Of a stretch of DNA of 47,560 nt, positions 37,260-46,481 are shown one piece after another. Source of the stretch: Planctomycetia bacterium (GTDB taxonomy: Bacteria > Planctomycetota > Planctomycetia > Pirellulales > UBA1268); assembly GCA_009926295.1 (NCBI GenBank), contig RFPF01000001.1:1-47560 (forward strand), given 5' to 3'. How positions within the stretch are numbered: position 1 is the stretch's first letter; each line of letters begins with the position of its first letter. The notes under the pieces are model-generated. The model saw nothing but the letters and a program-made list of their open reading frames with translations. It did no database searches and was not told where the DNA came from. A program made the translations under genes and the position numbers.

Positions 37260-38738
37260 CTATGTCCTGGCGATGGCCTCGAGGAGGCCGGCCATGTCGG
37301 CCGGTTTCATGGGCATCATGGCGGTCTTGCGGCGCTCGTCGGTGAGTGCCCGCGACGCCAGGTCGGCCTGCCGCGGGCCCACGAGCAGGATCGCCGGCAC
37401 GGCCGAGTAGAAGTGGTCGCTCGACAGCCTGTTGAACGCCTCGAGCGCCGCTTCCCCGAGGTTCTGCGCGCTGATCACGAGGCAGTCGGCCGGGAGGGGC
37501 GTCGCGGAAAATCGGCCCAGCGCCCGCTGGGGGTTCTCCGTCAGCAGGACACGGTATCCCATCCCTCCGAACAGCTGCCTCAGCACGCCCTGCGGCTTCT
37601 CTCCGGCCTCCACGACCATGACGGCGCCCCGACCGGGGGCCGCCGACGGCCCGGACGCCGATGCCGTCGGCAGGGTCGCCGACGCGGGAGCCGCGGGGCT
37701 CGCCGCCCCGCCCGCGCGGCAGTACTTCTCCACCAGCGGCTCGAGGGCCCGCTGCACGTCGGCCACCGTCTGCCAACGTTCCATCGGATCGAGGGCGGTC
37801 ATCCGCGTCACGACATCGACGATGTCGCGGGGCACGTCCGGCGCCGCCGAGTGCAACGGCGTGATCGACGTGTAGCGCCGCGGATCGCCGCGCTCGGCAC
37901 GGTCGCGGGTCTCCTTGAGCGCCGGCTTGCCGGAGAAGGCGAGGTAGGCGATCGTGCCGAGGAAGAAGATGTCGCTCCGCAGGCTGTCGTCCTTCATCCC
38001 GGCGAGCTTCTCGAGCGTCGCGTAGTCGATGGTGCGGGGCTGCTCCATCTTCCCCAGCGACTTGTCGCCCGTCGCGGCGTCGACGCCTGCGAGCCCGAAA
38101 TCCACGAGTTTGGCGCGGCCCGTCGCCGACACGAGCACGTTGGACGCCTTGAGATCGCGGTGCGTGAGACCCCGGCGGTGGGCGTAGTCGAGCCCGGCGA
38201 GCATCTGCGCGAGGATGTCGACCGCATGGGGAACGTCGACCGCCCCGCGAATCCGCACCAGCTCCCGCAGCGTCTGCCCCTCCACGAACTCCATCGTGAT
38301 GTAGCTCGTGTTGTTCTGCTGTCCGACATCCTCGATGGCGACGATGTTGGGATGCCGCAGGAGCCGGCCCATCTCGCCCTCGCGGCGGAACGCCTTGCAC
38401 TTTTCCTGGTCCGCGCTGAACCGGCTGCGCAGCACCTTCACGGCGATCGTGGCGAGCGTGTCGACGTTTCTCGCCCGATATACCCGCGCGAACGAACCGG
38501 CGCCGACCTGGTAGAGGATCTTGGCGCTCCCGAAGAAGAATCCATTGCGGTCGCCACGCAGGAGCCGCTCGAGCTGGTAGCTCGTGAGCAGTTCGCGGCG
38601 GACGAGCGCGGCGCCGAGCGCCTCGAGCGGCACGTTCTGGCCCCCGAGTTCCGCCCACACCTCCTGCAGGTCGCCCGGACCGAAGAGCATGAGTTCCTGG
38701 GCCCGGCTGGCGAGTTCCTCGGCCGTGGTGGGTTTCAT
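37260..38738 (-). CDS. Ser/Thr protein kinase with C-terminal pseudo-receiver domain
   Basis: Hanks kinase motifs GAGSFARVYRA, AVKVL, HRDLKASNVLV, DFGLAG. The C-terminal ~125 aa is a CheY-like fold (VMVVEAGEK..YRVLL..DCLVIS..PAILLVG..MKP) lacking the acidic pocket and the phosphoacceptor Asp. Confidence 0.9.
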   Translation of the reverse strand: MKPTTAEELASRAQELMLFGPGDLQEVWAELGGQNVPLEALGAALVRRELLTSYQLERLLRGDRNGFFFGSAKILYQVGAGSFARVYRARNVDTLATIAVKVLRSRFSADQEKCKAFRREGEMGRLLRHPNIVAIEDVGQQNNTSYITMEFVEGQTLRELVRIRGAVDVPHAVDILAQMLAGLDYAHRRGLTHRDLKASNVLVSATGRAKLVDFGLAGVDAATGDKSLGKMEQPRTIDYATLEKLAGMKDDSLRSDIFFLGTIAYLAFSGKPALKETRDRAERGDPRRYTSITPLHSAAPDVPRDIVDVVTRMTALDPMERWQTVADVQRALEPLVEKYCRAGGAASPAAPASATLPTASASGPSAAPGRGAVMVVEAGEKPQGVLRQLFGGMGYRVLLTENPQRALGRFSATPLPADCLVISAQNLGEAALEAFNRLSSDHFYSAVPAILLVGPRQADLASRALTDERRKTAMMPMKPADMAGLLEAIART

Positions 38739-38899
38739 GGGAGGGTCACGATGCCGGGAATGTTCGCAAAAACCTCATAATTCCATCGTTTCCGCGCAAC
38801 TGCAAGGGTTTCGCGCAGGCTGGGGAGGCAGGGTGATCTGGAGCCGGGCACTGCGGTCCTGCTACAAGCCCCGTCCGCCCGGAACCAGGCAGGCACACG

Positions 38900-41800
38900 A
38901 TGCAGGAGGAACGTCAGCCCGCGCACCGAGCGGCCCGGCGGCATTCGCCGAGGTCGGCCGTCGGCGGCAGCGCGGCTGGAGTCGTCTGCGCGTTGCTCGC
39001 TGCCGCCGCGAGGCTCTCTGCGGCCACGATCGAGGAGGCTTTCGAGGGCCCGCAGACCTCGTGGGCCGTATCCGACTCGGATGTCCATCATCGCATTATC
39101 TCCCACGCCCGCTCGCGGGAGTCTCCACACCGCGGCGCGGCGTGCGAGCGATTCGTGATCGAGGCCTCGGCGGGCACGAGGCTCCGGCTCACGACCCCCC
39201 TCGGCGAGGCCCGCGTGATCGACGAGTGGAAGGCCTCGCTCTGGGTTCGGTCGGAGCGGCCCGATGTTCGGCTCTCGGCACGGGTGCGGCTGCCGAACTT
39301 CGTCGCCGCGAAGACGGGCGAGCCCGTCGAGGTGCTCGTGCCAGGCACGATTTCCCGGGATTCCGACCGCTGGGAACTCCTCGAAGTGGAAGGGCTCGCG
39401 TCCGGGCTGAAACGGCAGCTCCCCGCCATCCGTGCGGAGCACGGCCCGACGGGCGACCTCGCGGGGGCGGTCGTCACCCACCTCGTGCTCGACATCTACT
39501 CCGGCCCCGGCCGCTACGACGTCGCGGTCGACGACCTCCTCGTGCTCGGCAGCGTCACCACCGCCACCGCGGCGGTCGGTGGAGGACCCACAGTCGCGCC
39601 CCAGGGTTCGCCATCGGCCCGCACCGATCCCGGCGTGCTGCCGGCACAGTTCGCGGCTCCTGCCACGGACGGCCCGCCGCCTCGGGCCGTCGTCTCCTCC
39701 GGGCCGGCCGAGCCGCCGAGCGGCATCAACCGCGGCGTGCTCGAGGTCGGCGGCCTGCCCTTCTTTCCCCGATCACTCGACCACAACGGCGAGCCGCTCG
39801 AGGTGATCGCGGCGCTCGGCTTCAACTGTGTGCGGCTCGCGACGCCAGCGTCGAGCGACATCCTCGCGGAAGCCCGTCGGGCCGGCCTGTGGGTGATATG
39901 CCCTCCACCGGTGCTGCCCGACGTCGACATCCGCGATCCCGACTCGCTGCCGGTCTTTTCCTCGACCTGGGATCGCGTGCTGCTCTGGGACCTCGGCGGC
40001 GGCCTCGCCGAGGGCGACGTCGAGGATCTCGCCGAACGGGCACGGAGAGTGCGGGCCTGCGACCCACGGGCGGGCCGCGGCCTCGTCGCGTCGGCCGATT
40101 CCGGCCTGCGGGCCATCTCGCGGCACGTCGACATGCTCGTGGCCCGCCGCACGGTGCTCGGCACGAGCCTCGAACTCGACGACTACCTGACGTGGCTCAA
40201 GGAACGGCCGCGCATCAGCCGGCCGGGTACGCCGATCATCGCGACCCTGTCGACCGAGCTCGATCCGCGCACGGCACGTCAGGCGCAGGCTCTCGCCGGC
40301 ATCGGCGGTCGCGGCCTGGCCGTCGACCCGGAGAGCCTCACGCTCGCCGCCTTCACGGCCGTGGCCGCCGGCAGCCGCGGCATCCTCTTCGCGTCGTCGC
40401 GACGCATCGACGGCGACGACCGCGAGTCGCGGGCCCGGGCCGCCGCCGCGCGGGCCGTGAACCTCAAGCTCAAGGTCCTCGAGCCGTGGGGGGCCGCGGG
40501 CAGGCACTCGGCCACCGCGCAGGCCAGCGACGCGGAGGTGAAGGCGGTCGTGATCGAGGCGGCCCGTGCGAGGATGGTGCTCGTCTGGCGGGGCGTGCAG
40601 GGGTCGCAGGTGGTGGCGCGGCACTACGCCGGCGACCTTCCCGACGACAACGCCTCGCTCACGCTCCTCGTGCCAGGCGTGCCCGAGGCACACCAGGCCT
40701 GGGAGGTGCACCCCGGCGGCCTGCGGCCCGCCCGCCAGAAGCGGGTCACGGGGGGCGTGTCGATCGTGCTCGACGGTTTCCGCTCGTCGGGGCTCCTGCT
40801 CCTGAGCGGCGAGCCGGCCGTGACCGGGCACGTGCAGGAACGCGTCCGGGACCTCGCTCCGATCGCGCTGGCCTCGGCTCGCGCACAGGCGGCGATCGTG
40901 CTCTCCGACGGCGCGGAGATGCTCGCCCGGCTGCCTCCCGCGGCGCTCGGGCACCTCCCGGCCGCCCGGATGCTCGGTGAGGCGCAGAGGGCGGCCGCCG
41001 AAGGCGAGGGGCTCGCGGCGACCGACCCGGCCGCGGCCCTCGCGCGGTTCGAGCGCGCCATCGCGATCGGGGGCCAGTTCGAACGACTCACCTGGGAGCG
41101 AGGCGTCGTGGCCACGGGATCACTCGTCGCCGGCCCGCTTTCGACGTCCGACGCCACGCTCGCCGAGCACTGGCGATTCATCGACGCCCTCGGGGGGGTG
41201 GTGGCTGGCGAGAATCTCGTCGCGGGCGGCGGCATGGAACGGATCGAGGACCTCGCCGGAACCGGCTGGCGGCACTTCGCGCTTCCCCAGGCCGACCTGC
41301 GCACGGCCGTCGAAATCGCCCGCAGCAAGCCCGCGGGGGGAGCCGCCAGCCTGCGGATGCGGGCCGAGGCCGCGGATCCAGCCGTGACTCCGGAGGTGGT
41401 GGAGACACCGCCGGTGTGGATCACGACGCCGCCGATCAATCCGCCCACCGGGAAGCTCCTCGAAATCGAGGCCCGGGTGTGGGTGCCGAAGCGGATCACG
41501 GGGAGCGTCGACGGCCTGCTCGTGTTCGATTCCCTCGGCGGACCCGCGCTCGCCGAGCGGGTGGGGCCGTCGTCCGACTGGCGGCGGCTCGTGCTCTACC
41601 GCATCGTTCCAGCCGACGCGGCCGGAGAGCCCCTCACCATCACCTTCGCCCTCACCGGCATCGGCGAGGCACGCATCGACGAGGTCGCCGTACGTGTTCT
41701 CGACCGTGCCGGCGCGGGGCCCAACGCCACGGTGGTGTCGACGGTGCCGGCGCCGGCAGGCTCCCGTCCCTTTCCACAGCCGGGGGAGCTCCTCGGCCCC

Positions 41801-42025
41801 GCCACGATTCCCACGGCACTGCCCGGACCGGTCGCTCCCCGCAAGCCCGCGCAAACAGCGGCCGAGGCCGACGCGGTGCGACCGCTGCCGGCGGTGCCCC
41901 AGTGGCCGGGAATGAGCCTCGAATGGCCGAAAATCCTCCCCTTCGGCTCGCCGGCGACCGCGCCGCCTCCCGGACCGGGCGGCGGCCGGATCGACCCCTT
42001 CAAGCGGGCCCGGGCCCAGCAGTAG
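38900..42025 (+). CDS. large secreted hypothetical protein (possible TIM-barrel glycosidase-like core flanked by beta-sandwich-like modules, Pro-rich tail)
   Basis: Signal-like GVVCALLAAAARLSAATIEEA. The central region FFPRSLDHNGEPLEVIAALGFNCVRLATP..AGLWVICPPP resembles GH-A clan TIM-barrel openings. Coding-like codon bias holds over 1041 codons. I recognise no confident family. Confidence 0.65.
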   Translation: MQEERQPAHRAARRHSPRSAVGGSAAGVVCALLAAAARLSAATIEEAFEGPQTSWAVSDSDVHHRIISHARSRESPHRGAACERFVIEASAGTRLRLTTPLGEARVIDEWKASLWVRSERPDVRLSARVRLPNFVAAKTGEPVEVLVPGTISRDSDRWELLEVEGLASGLKRQLPAIRAEHGPTGDLAGAVVTHLVLDIYSGPGRYDVAVDDLLVLGSVTTATAAVGGGPTVAPQGSPSARTDPGVLPAQFAAPATDGPPPRAVVSSGPAEPPSGINRGVLEVGGLPFFPRSLDHNGEPLEVIAALGFNCVRLATPASSDILAEARRAGLWVICPPPVLPDVDIRDPDSLPVFSSTWDRVLLWDLGGGLAEGDVEDLAERARRVRACDPRAGRGLVASADSGLRAISRHVDMLVARRTVLGTSLELDDYLTWLKERPRISRPGTPIIATLSTELDPRTARQAQALAGIGGRGLAVDPESLTLAAFTAVAAGSRGILFASSRRIDGDDRESRARAAAARAVNLKLKVLEPWGAAGRHSATAQASDAEVKAVVIEAARARMVLVWRGVQGSQVVARHYAGDLPDDNASLTLLVPGVPEAHQAWEVHPGGLRPARQKRVTGGVSIVLDGFRSSGLLLLSGEPAVTGHVQERVRDLAPIALASARAQAAIVLSDGAEMLARLPPAALGHLPAARMLGEAQRAAAEGEGLAATDPAAALARFERAIAIGGQFERLTWERGVVATGSLVAGPLSTSDATLAEHWRFIDALGGVVAGENLVAGGGMERIEDLAGTGWRHFALPQADLRTAVEIARSKPAGGAASLRMRAEAADPAVTPEVVETPPVWITTPPINPPTGKLLEIEARVWVPKRITGSVDGLLVFDSLGGPALAERVGPSSDWRRLVLYRIVPADAAGEPLTITFALTGIGEARIDEVAVRVLDRAGAGPNATVVSTVPAPAGSRPFPQPGELLGPATIPTALPGPVAPRKPAQTAAEADAVRPLPAVPQWPGMSLEWPKILPFGSPATAPPPGPGGGRIDPFKRARAQQ

Positions 42026-42677
42026 ACCGCGCCCGGCGCGCGGCCGCGTCCAGCCTGCCGAGACGATCCGCGCACTCCTCGACCAGCGCCCGCTCGTCGA
42101 GGGCGGCGATCTCGGCCGTCCCGATCAGCCGTCCAAATTCGAGTCGGATCCGTCCTGGACGGGGCAGGGTCCGCGTTTTCGGCCAGCACTCCCACGCGCC
42201 CACGATCGCGACCGGAACGATCGGAACCCGCGCCCGCTTCGCCAGCAGCGCGAAGCCGCTCTTGAGCTCCCCGAGCCGCCCATCGGCCGTGCGCGTGCCC
42301 TCGGGAAAGATGATGACCGCCGCCCCTTCCTCCAGCCTCCGGATCACCGTCTTCATCGCCGCCACCGCCGAAGCCTCGCGGTCGATCGGAATCGCGTCGA
42401 GCGCGGTGATCACCGCCCCGAACGGCTTGAAGGAATAGAGAGAGCTGCGGGCCAGGCTCGAGAGCCGCCGATCACACGCCAGCCCGAGGAGCAACGGGTC
42501 GAGGTGGCTCTGGTGGCTCGAGAGCACGATCAGGCCACCCTCGCGCGGCAACGGCTCGGCGAACCGCACCCGCACGCCGAACACCGCCACGCCGAGCGCG
42601 CGGCACACGATCCAGAGAACCGAGTAGAGCCATCGGCCGAACGTGCTGTGGCCCCGTGGCCGGCGAGCCCCGGTCAT
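42000..42677 (-). CDS. plsC: 1-acyl-sn-glycerol-3-phosphate acyltransferase family protein
   Basis: Acyltransferase motif I SSHQSHLDP, motif III IIFPEGTRT, and VPIVPVAI. ATGA overlap with the cmk stop. Confidence 0.8.
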   Translation of the reverse strand: MTGARRPRGHSTFGRWLYSVLWIVCRALGVAVFGVRVRFAEPLPREGGLIVLSSHQSHLDPLLLGLACDRRLSSLARSSLYSFKPFGAVITALDAIPIDREASAVAAMKTVIRRLEEGAAVIIFPEGTRTADGRLGELKSGFALLAKRARVPIVPVAIVGAWECWPKTRTLPRPGRIRLEFGRLIGTAEIAALDERALVEECADRLGRLDAAARRARSTAGPGPA

Positions 42678-43339
42678 GGACGGCACGCGGACGGGCGCCG
42701 CGATTCGACGAGGGCGGCGAGCCGCTCGACGACATCCTCCGGGGAGAGAGCGTCGGTATCGAGCAGGATCGCATCGTCTGCCGCCGCCAGAGCCCCGACG
42801 GGACGCGACCGGTCTCCCTCGTCGCGCCGCGCCTGCGACGCCAGCACCTGCTCGAGCGTGGCCGCGGAGCCGCGGGCCTCCTCTTCGCGATGGCGACGGC
42901 GGGCCCGCTCCTCGGCCGAGGCGGTGAGGAACACCTTGACCTCGGCATGCGGAAACACGACCGAGCCCTGATCGCGTCCCTCCGTGACGACGTCGACGCC
43001 CTCGGCCATGCGCCGCTGCACCCGCTTCATCGCCTCGCGCACGGCGGGCGCGTCCGCAACGGGCCGCGTGGCCTCCGTGATCCGCTCGGTGCGGATCTCG
43101 ACCGACACGTCGCGGCCGTCGACGAACACGCGGCCGTCGGAGAACACGATCCCGATCGACTCGGCGAGGGCCGCGATCGCGGCCGCGTCGGCGAGCGAGA
43201 GCCCGCGTTCCAGGGCGACGAGCGTCACCGCGCGATACATCGCGCCGGTGTCGAGGTAGCACCAGCCGAGTCGCCGCGCAAGCGCGCGGGCCGCGGAGCT
43301 CTTGCCGGCGCCGGCCGGGCCGTCGAGGGTGATGATCAT
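42674..43339 (-). CDS. cmk: cytidylate kinase
   Basis: MIITLDGPAGAGKSSAARALARRLGWCYLDTGAMYRAVT, VVTEGRDQGSVVFP and LTASAEERARRR are typical Cmk type 1. Confidence 0.9.
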   Translation of the reverse strand: MIITLDGPAGAGKSSAARALARRLGWCYLDTGAMYRAVTLVALERGLSLADAAAIAALAESIGIVFSDGRVFVDGRDVSVEIRTERITEATRPVADAPAVREAMKRVQRRMAEGVDVVTEGRDQGSVVFPHAEVKVFLTASAEERARRRHREEEARGSAATLEQVLASQARRDEGDRSRPVGALAAADDAILLDTDALSPEDVVERLAALVESRRPSACRP

Positions 43340-45573
43340 GCCGTCGCTCCGACGCCCGTCTGCTCACGCAACAGCGCCAACGCTACCGGCAGCGGCGTTG
43401 CGATGCCTAGCCCGAGGGCCAGCCGCCGCGACATGCGGGTGGTTCCCGGGGCGGCGAGGATCGAGTCCACGGTGTGCGGCGTGGTCCGCACGTGCCAGGG
43501 CAGGCCGCCCGTGGCGATGAGCACGGCGTCGGCCTCGTGACGCGGGCCGGCCGGACGCACCTCCAGAAAGTGTGGAGCGGTGAAGCGGGTGCGGCTGGTC
43601 GCGATCGACTCGCCGTGGAGGCTGCGTCGGAGATCGAGGTCGTCGTTCTCGTTCCAGGCGAAGCGGCAGGCCACGTGCGTTTCCAGGAGCGGTCCCTCGA
43701 TCGGACAGCGGAGGTCGACGTGTATGTCGAGCCGCACGAGCGGCGCGTCGCCCACGAGGCCGAACCGCTGCGTGAACGACCCGAGCACCGTTCCCGGGCC
43801 GGTGACGAGCACGCCGCGGCTGACGATCAGGGTGCCCGATTCCCGATCCACGCGCTCGGCGACCATCCGCGAGTATTCTGCCCGCTCCTCGGCCGACTCC
43901 CACACGCCACCCGCCGGCGGCGCGGGCCGCGTCGTGCGCACGGCGAGCGCCTGCGACAGCCGGTTGCCCCTGCCGCCGGGAGAGCGGAGCGAGAGGACGC
44001 CGCCGGTGCGCGGATGCACCTCCAGCCTGACCGCCGCGTTTTCCAGCACCAGCCCGGCCTCCGCGCCCCGGCTCGTATGGAAACCGCCCGCGAGCCTCGC
44101 CCAGAAGCCCGGTTCGCCGGCACTCGGCCGTGCGGCGGGGCCGCAGCCGGTGACGCTCGCGGCCAGGGTCGGGACGGCCGAGGCGGCCGACGCCTCGGCC
44201 GCGGCGGCCGCGACGCGGATGTCGACGGGGTCGGGGGCGTCTGCAACCCGCTCCCCCGGCAGCGTCGGCGGGAACGCGTCGGCGGGAACGTCGGCCGGAA
44301 CGCCGGCATGCTCCGTCTCGGCGAACAGCATGGCGGGAGTGACGAACCGGCCGAGCAGCGTGGTCCAGGCGGCGATTCGCCGCAGGTCGGCGAACCACGG
44401 GCTTGCCGTGCCGGCGTAGTGGGCGAAGGACACGATGCAACTGTGATCGTGATCCATCGCGTCGCCCACCTTGTCCGGCAGCTGGAGGATCGTGCCCGCC
44501 GAGCGGGCGTCGAGCGGCGGCCTGGCGAACGCTTCGATGCACCCGCCGGCCACCCCCTGCCAACGGATTCGGCTCGAGCCCGGATCGGGCAGCGGCGTGC
44601 CGTCGAAGAGGTTCCAGATCGCGCCCCGGTAGCCGCGCTCGACGAGCACTCCGGGCAGGTAGGCCGAGGAGCCGCCGCTGCACTGCCCGAACGTCACGGG
44701 GACGCGGCCGAGGAGATCGCGATACGTTGCGTGACCGCGCTCGAACGATGCCCGGAGTGTTTCGAGCAGCTGGAAGTCGACCGGCGTCGCGTCTTCACGG
44801 CCGCCCACGATCTCGACGGCGCCGGCGGCGACGCGGTCGCGAAGCCGGCCGAGCAGGGCGGGATCATCGCTGCCGAGGCGCTCCAGAAGCCTTGCGGTGG
44901 CGACGCAGGCCAGCGGGACTGGCGATCCGAGCTCTCCGGCGAGCCGGCTGCCAAGCGTCGACTCGGCGAGAAGCACGATGTCGAGCAGCCAGACGTCGAC
45001 GGGATAGTATCGGGATCGCGTCGCCTCGAGCGTGGCGAAGCACTCGTGGAGCCCGTCGCGAGCCGCCGCATCGTCGCCCGCGACGGCGGCCCGGGCGGCG
45101 GCGACGACCCCGCTCGAGAAGCCGTCGACGGCACCGTCGAGCGACGACCGCATCCGCCGCGCCAGCAGTTCGGCGAGCAGCCAGGCGAGCCCGAGGGCGT
45201 GGAAATCGTCGGCCAGCGACGACCCTCCGGCGCGGGCCTCGCCTTCGAGCGCCTCCACGGCCGCCGCCACGATCGCCCCGCGTTCGCGGACGCCCCGCAC
45301 GAAACGCGAACCCGCCAGCCCGGCCGCGTCGAGCATAGCGGCGAACCGCTCGTCGGCCGCGGCCGGCACGATCCCCAGAATCGCCGCGGGATCGGCCGGC
45401 GGCACCTCGACGCTCGACCAGCCGGGAGCGTGGCCCACCGCGGCGATCAGGGCCGGATGCCAGGCCGCCGTCCACGCGGCGAGCAGTTCGTCGGCCTCCC
45501 GCTCATCGAGCCAGGTCGGAAAGTCCTCGAACGAGTGGCAGGGGAGAAAGACTACGATCCGTTCGGGACGCAT
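43336..45573 (-). CDS. conserved-looking hypothetical protein, 745 aa
   Basis: Long ORF with a clean ATG (45573). ATGA overlap with the cmk start. Non-repetitive, coding-like composition. I recognise no motif; it lacks the GH38 HxHxD-type metal site that its size and layout might suggest. Confidence 0.65.
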   Translation of the reverse strand: MRPERIVVFLPCHSFEDFPTWLDEREADELLAAWTAAWHPALIAAVGHAPGWSSVEVPPADPAAILGIVPAAADERFAAMLDAAGLAGSRFVRGVRERGAIVAAAVEALEGEARAGGSSLADDFHALGLAWLLAELLARRMRSSLDGAVDGFSSGVVAAARAAVAGDDAAARDGLHECFATLEATRSRYYPVDVWLLDIVLLAESTLGSRLAGELGSPVPLACVATARLLERLGSDDPALLGRLRDRVAAGAVEIVGGREDATPVDFQLLETLRASFERGHATYRDLLGRVPVTFGQCSGGSSAYLPGVLVERGYRGAIWNLFDGTPLPDPGSSRIRWQGVAGGCIEAFARPPLDARSAGTILQLPDKVGDAMDHDHSCIVSFAHYAGTASPWFADLRRIAAWTTLLGRFVTPAMLFAETEHAGVPADVPADAFPPTLPGERVADAPDPVDIRVAAAAAEASAASAVPTLAASVTGCGPAARPSAGEPGFWARLAGGFHTSRGAEAGLVLENAAVRLEVHPRTGGVLSLRSPGGRGNRLSQALAVRTTRPAPPAGGVWESAEERAEYSRMVAERVDRESGTLIVSRGVLVTGPGTVLGSFTQRFGLVGDAPLVRLDIHVDLRCPIEGPLLETHVACRFAWNENDDLDLRRSLHGESIATSRTRFTAPHFLEVRPAGPRHEADAVLIATGGLPWHVRTTPHTVDSILAAPGTTRMSRRLALGLGIATPLPVALALLREQTGVGATA

Positions 45574-45646
45574 GTCTCAAGTCTACATCGGTTCTCGCGG
45601 CCCTCTCGGATCCGGACCGCGGCGACGGCACCCACGGAGACTCGCC

Positions 45647-46312
45647 CTAGCCGGCGCCGATCTGCCTGAGCATCTCGGCGAGGTGGGCCTGCAGGTCGAG
45701 CAGGGCCTGCCAGTGGGCGAAGTCGATCTCCACGACCTCGTTGCCCGGCCGCATCACTGCACCCTCGCTGGCCTCGCAGAGGATCGCCTGGACGTAGTCG
45801 AGAAGTTCCGAGACTTCGGCGGACTGTGCCGGCGACAGCCGGCCGGGCAGTGGGGGCGGCCCTCCGGGCAGCAGCGGCGATCGCACCTCGGAGACGTCGG
45901 CGACCACGTCGGACTCGTGCGTCGCGATGCGCTCCAGCCGCTCCCCCATCTGCCGTGCACGGGCCTCGGCTTGGCCGGGAAGCTTGGCCACGATCTCGGC
46001 GATCCGCCTGTCGATGTCGCTGTGCGATCCCACCAGCAGCAGCGAGCGGCCCACGGAAATGAGGTCGCCGTCGCGGAGGATGCGAACCTGGATGTCCTCG
46101 CCGTTGACCTTCGTGCCGTTGGTGCTCTCGAGATCCGTGAGCACGATCTTGTCGTTGTCTTCCTGGAGCTTGAGGTGGTAGCGGCTGATCCGCTCGTCGT
46201 TGAGCTGGATCGAGTTGCCCTCCTCGCGCCCGATCGTCACGGGGGTCGGCAGGTGGTCGAACGTCCGCCCGCGATCGGCACCATGCAGGACTCTGAGCGT
46301 GACGTATGCCAT
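45647..46312 (-). CDS. FHA domain-containing protein
   Basis: Start MAYVTLRVLHGADRGRTF. FHA core TIGREEGNSIQLNDERISRYHLKL..IVLTDLESTNGTKVNG..LRDGDLISVG. The C-terminal half is uncharacterised. Confidence 0.85.
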   Translation of the reverse strand: MAYVTLRVLHGADRGRTFDHLPTPVTIGREEGNSIQLNDERISRYHLKLQEDNDKIVLTDLESTNGTKVNGEDIQVRILRDGDLISVGRSLLLVGSHSDIDRRIAEIVAKLPGQAEARARQMGERLERIATHESDVVADVSEVRSPLLPGGPPPLPGRLSPAQSAEVSELLDYVQAILCEASEGAVMRPGNEVVEIDFAHWQALLDLQAHLAEMLRQIGAG

Positions 46313-46396
46313 GGAGTCGATGATTGCCCAAAATCCCGCATTGGTCAAACGAGCCCATCGCCCGGGGCCCTTCCAATCGCTACGATCAGTCCCAAC

Positions 46397-46470
<74 letters not shown>

Positions 46471-46481
46471 CTGCGCGGCCG

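Noticed and set aside
34396-38658. A 1420-aa minus-strand ORF. Similar giants occur at 31449..34388 (-, 979 aa), 19714..22095 (-, 793 aa), 12982..15243 (+, 753 aa), 43474..45669 (+, 731 aa), 6544..8292 (-, 582 aa) and 8118..9428 (-, 436 aa).
   Set aside because: All are antisense or out of frame to genes with strong family signatures. Their translations are Arg/Pro/Gly/Ala-rich low-complexity strings, as expected from stop-poor alternative frames in high-GC DNA. No recognisable motifs.
43336-45573. Calling the 745-aa protein a GH38 alpha-mannosidase-like enzyme.
   Set aside because: Its size and general layout are reminiscent of GH38. However, the N-terminus lacks the His/Asp metal-binding motif characteristic of GH38, and I cannot support the assignment from sequence alone.
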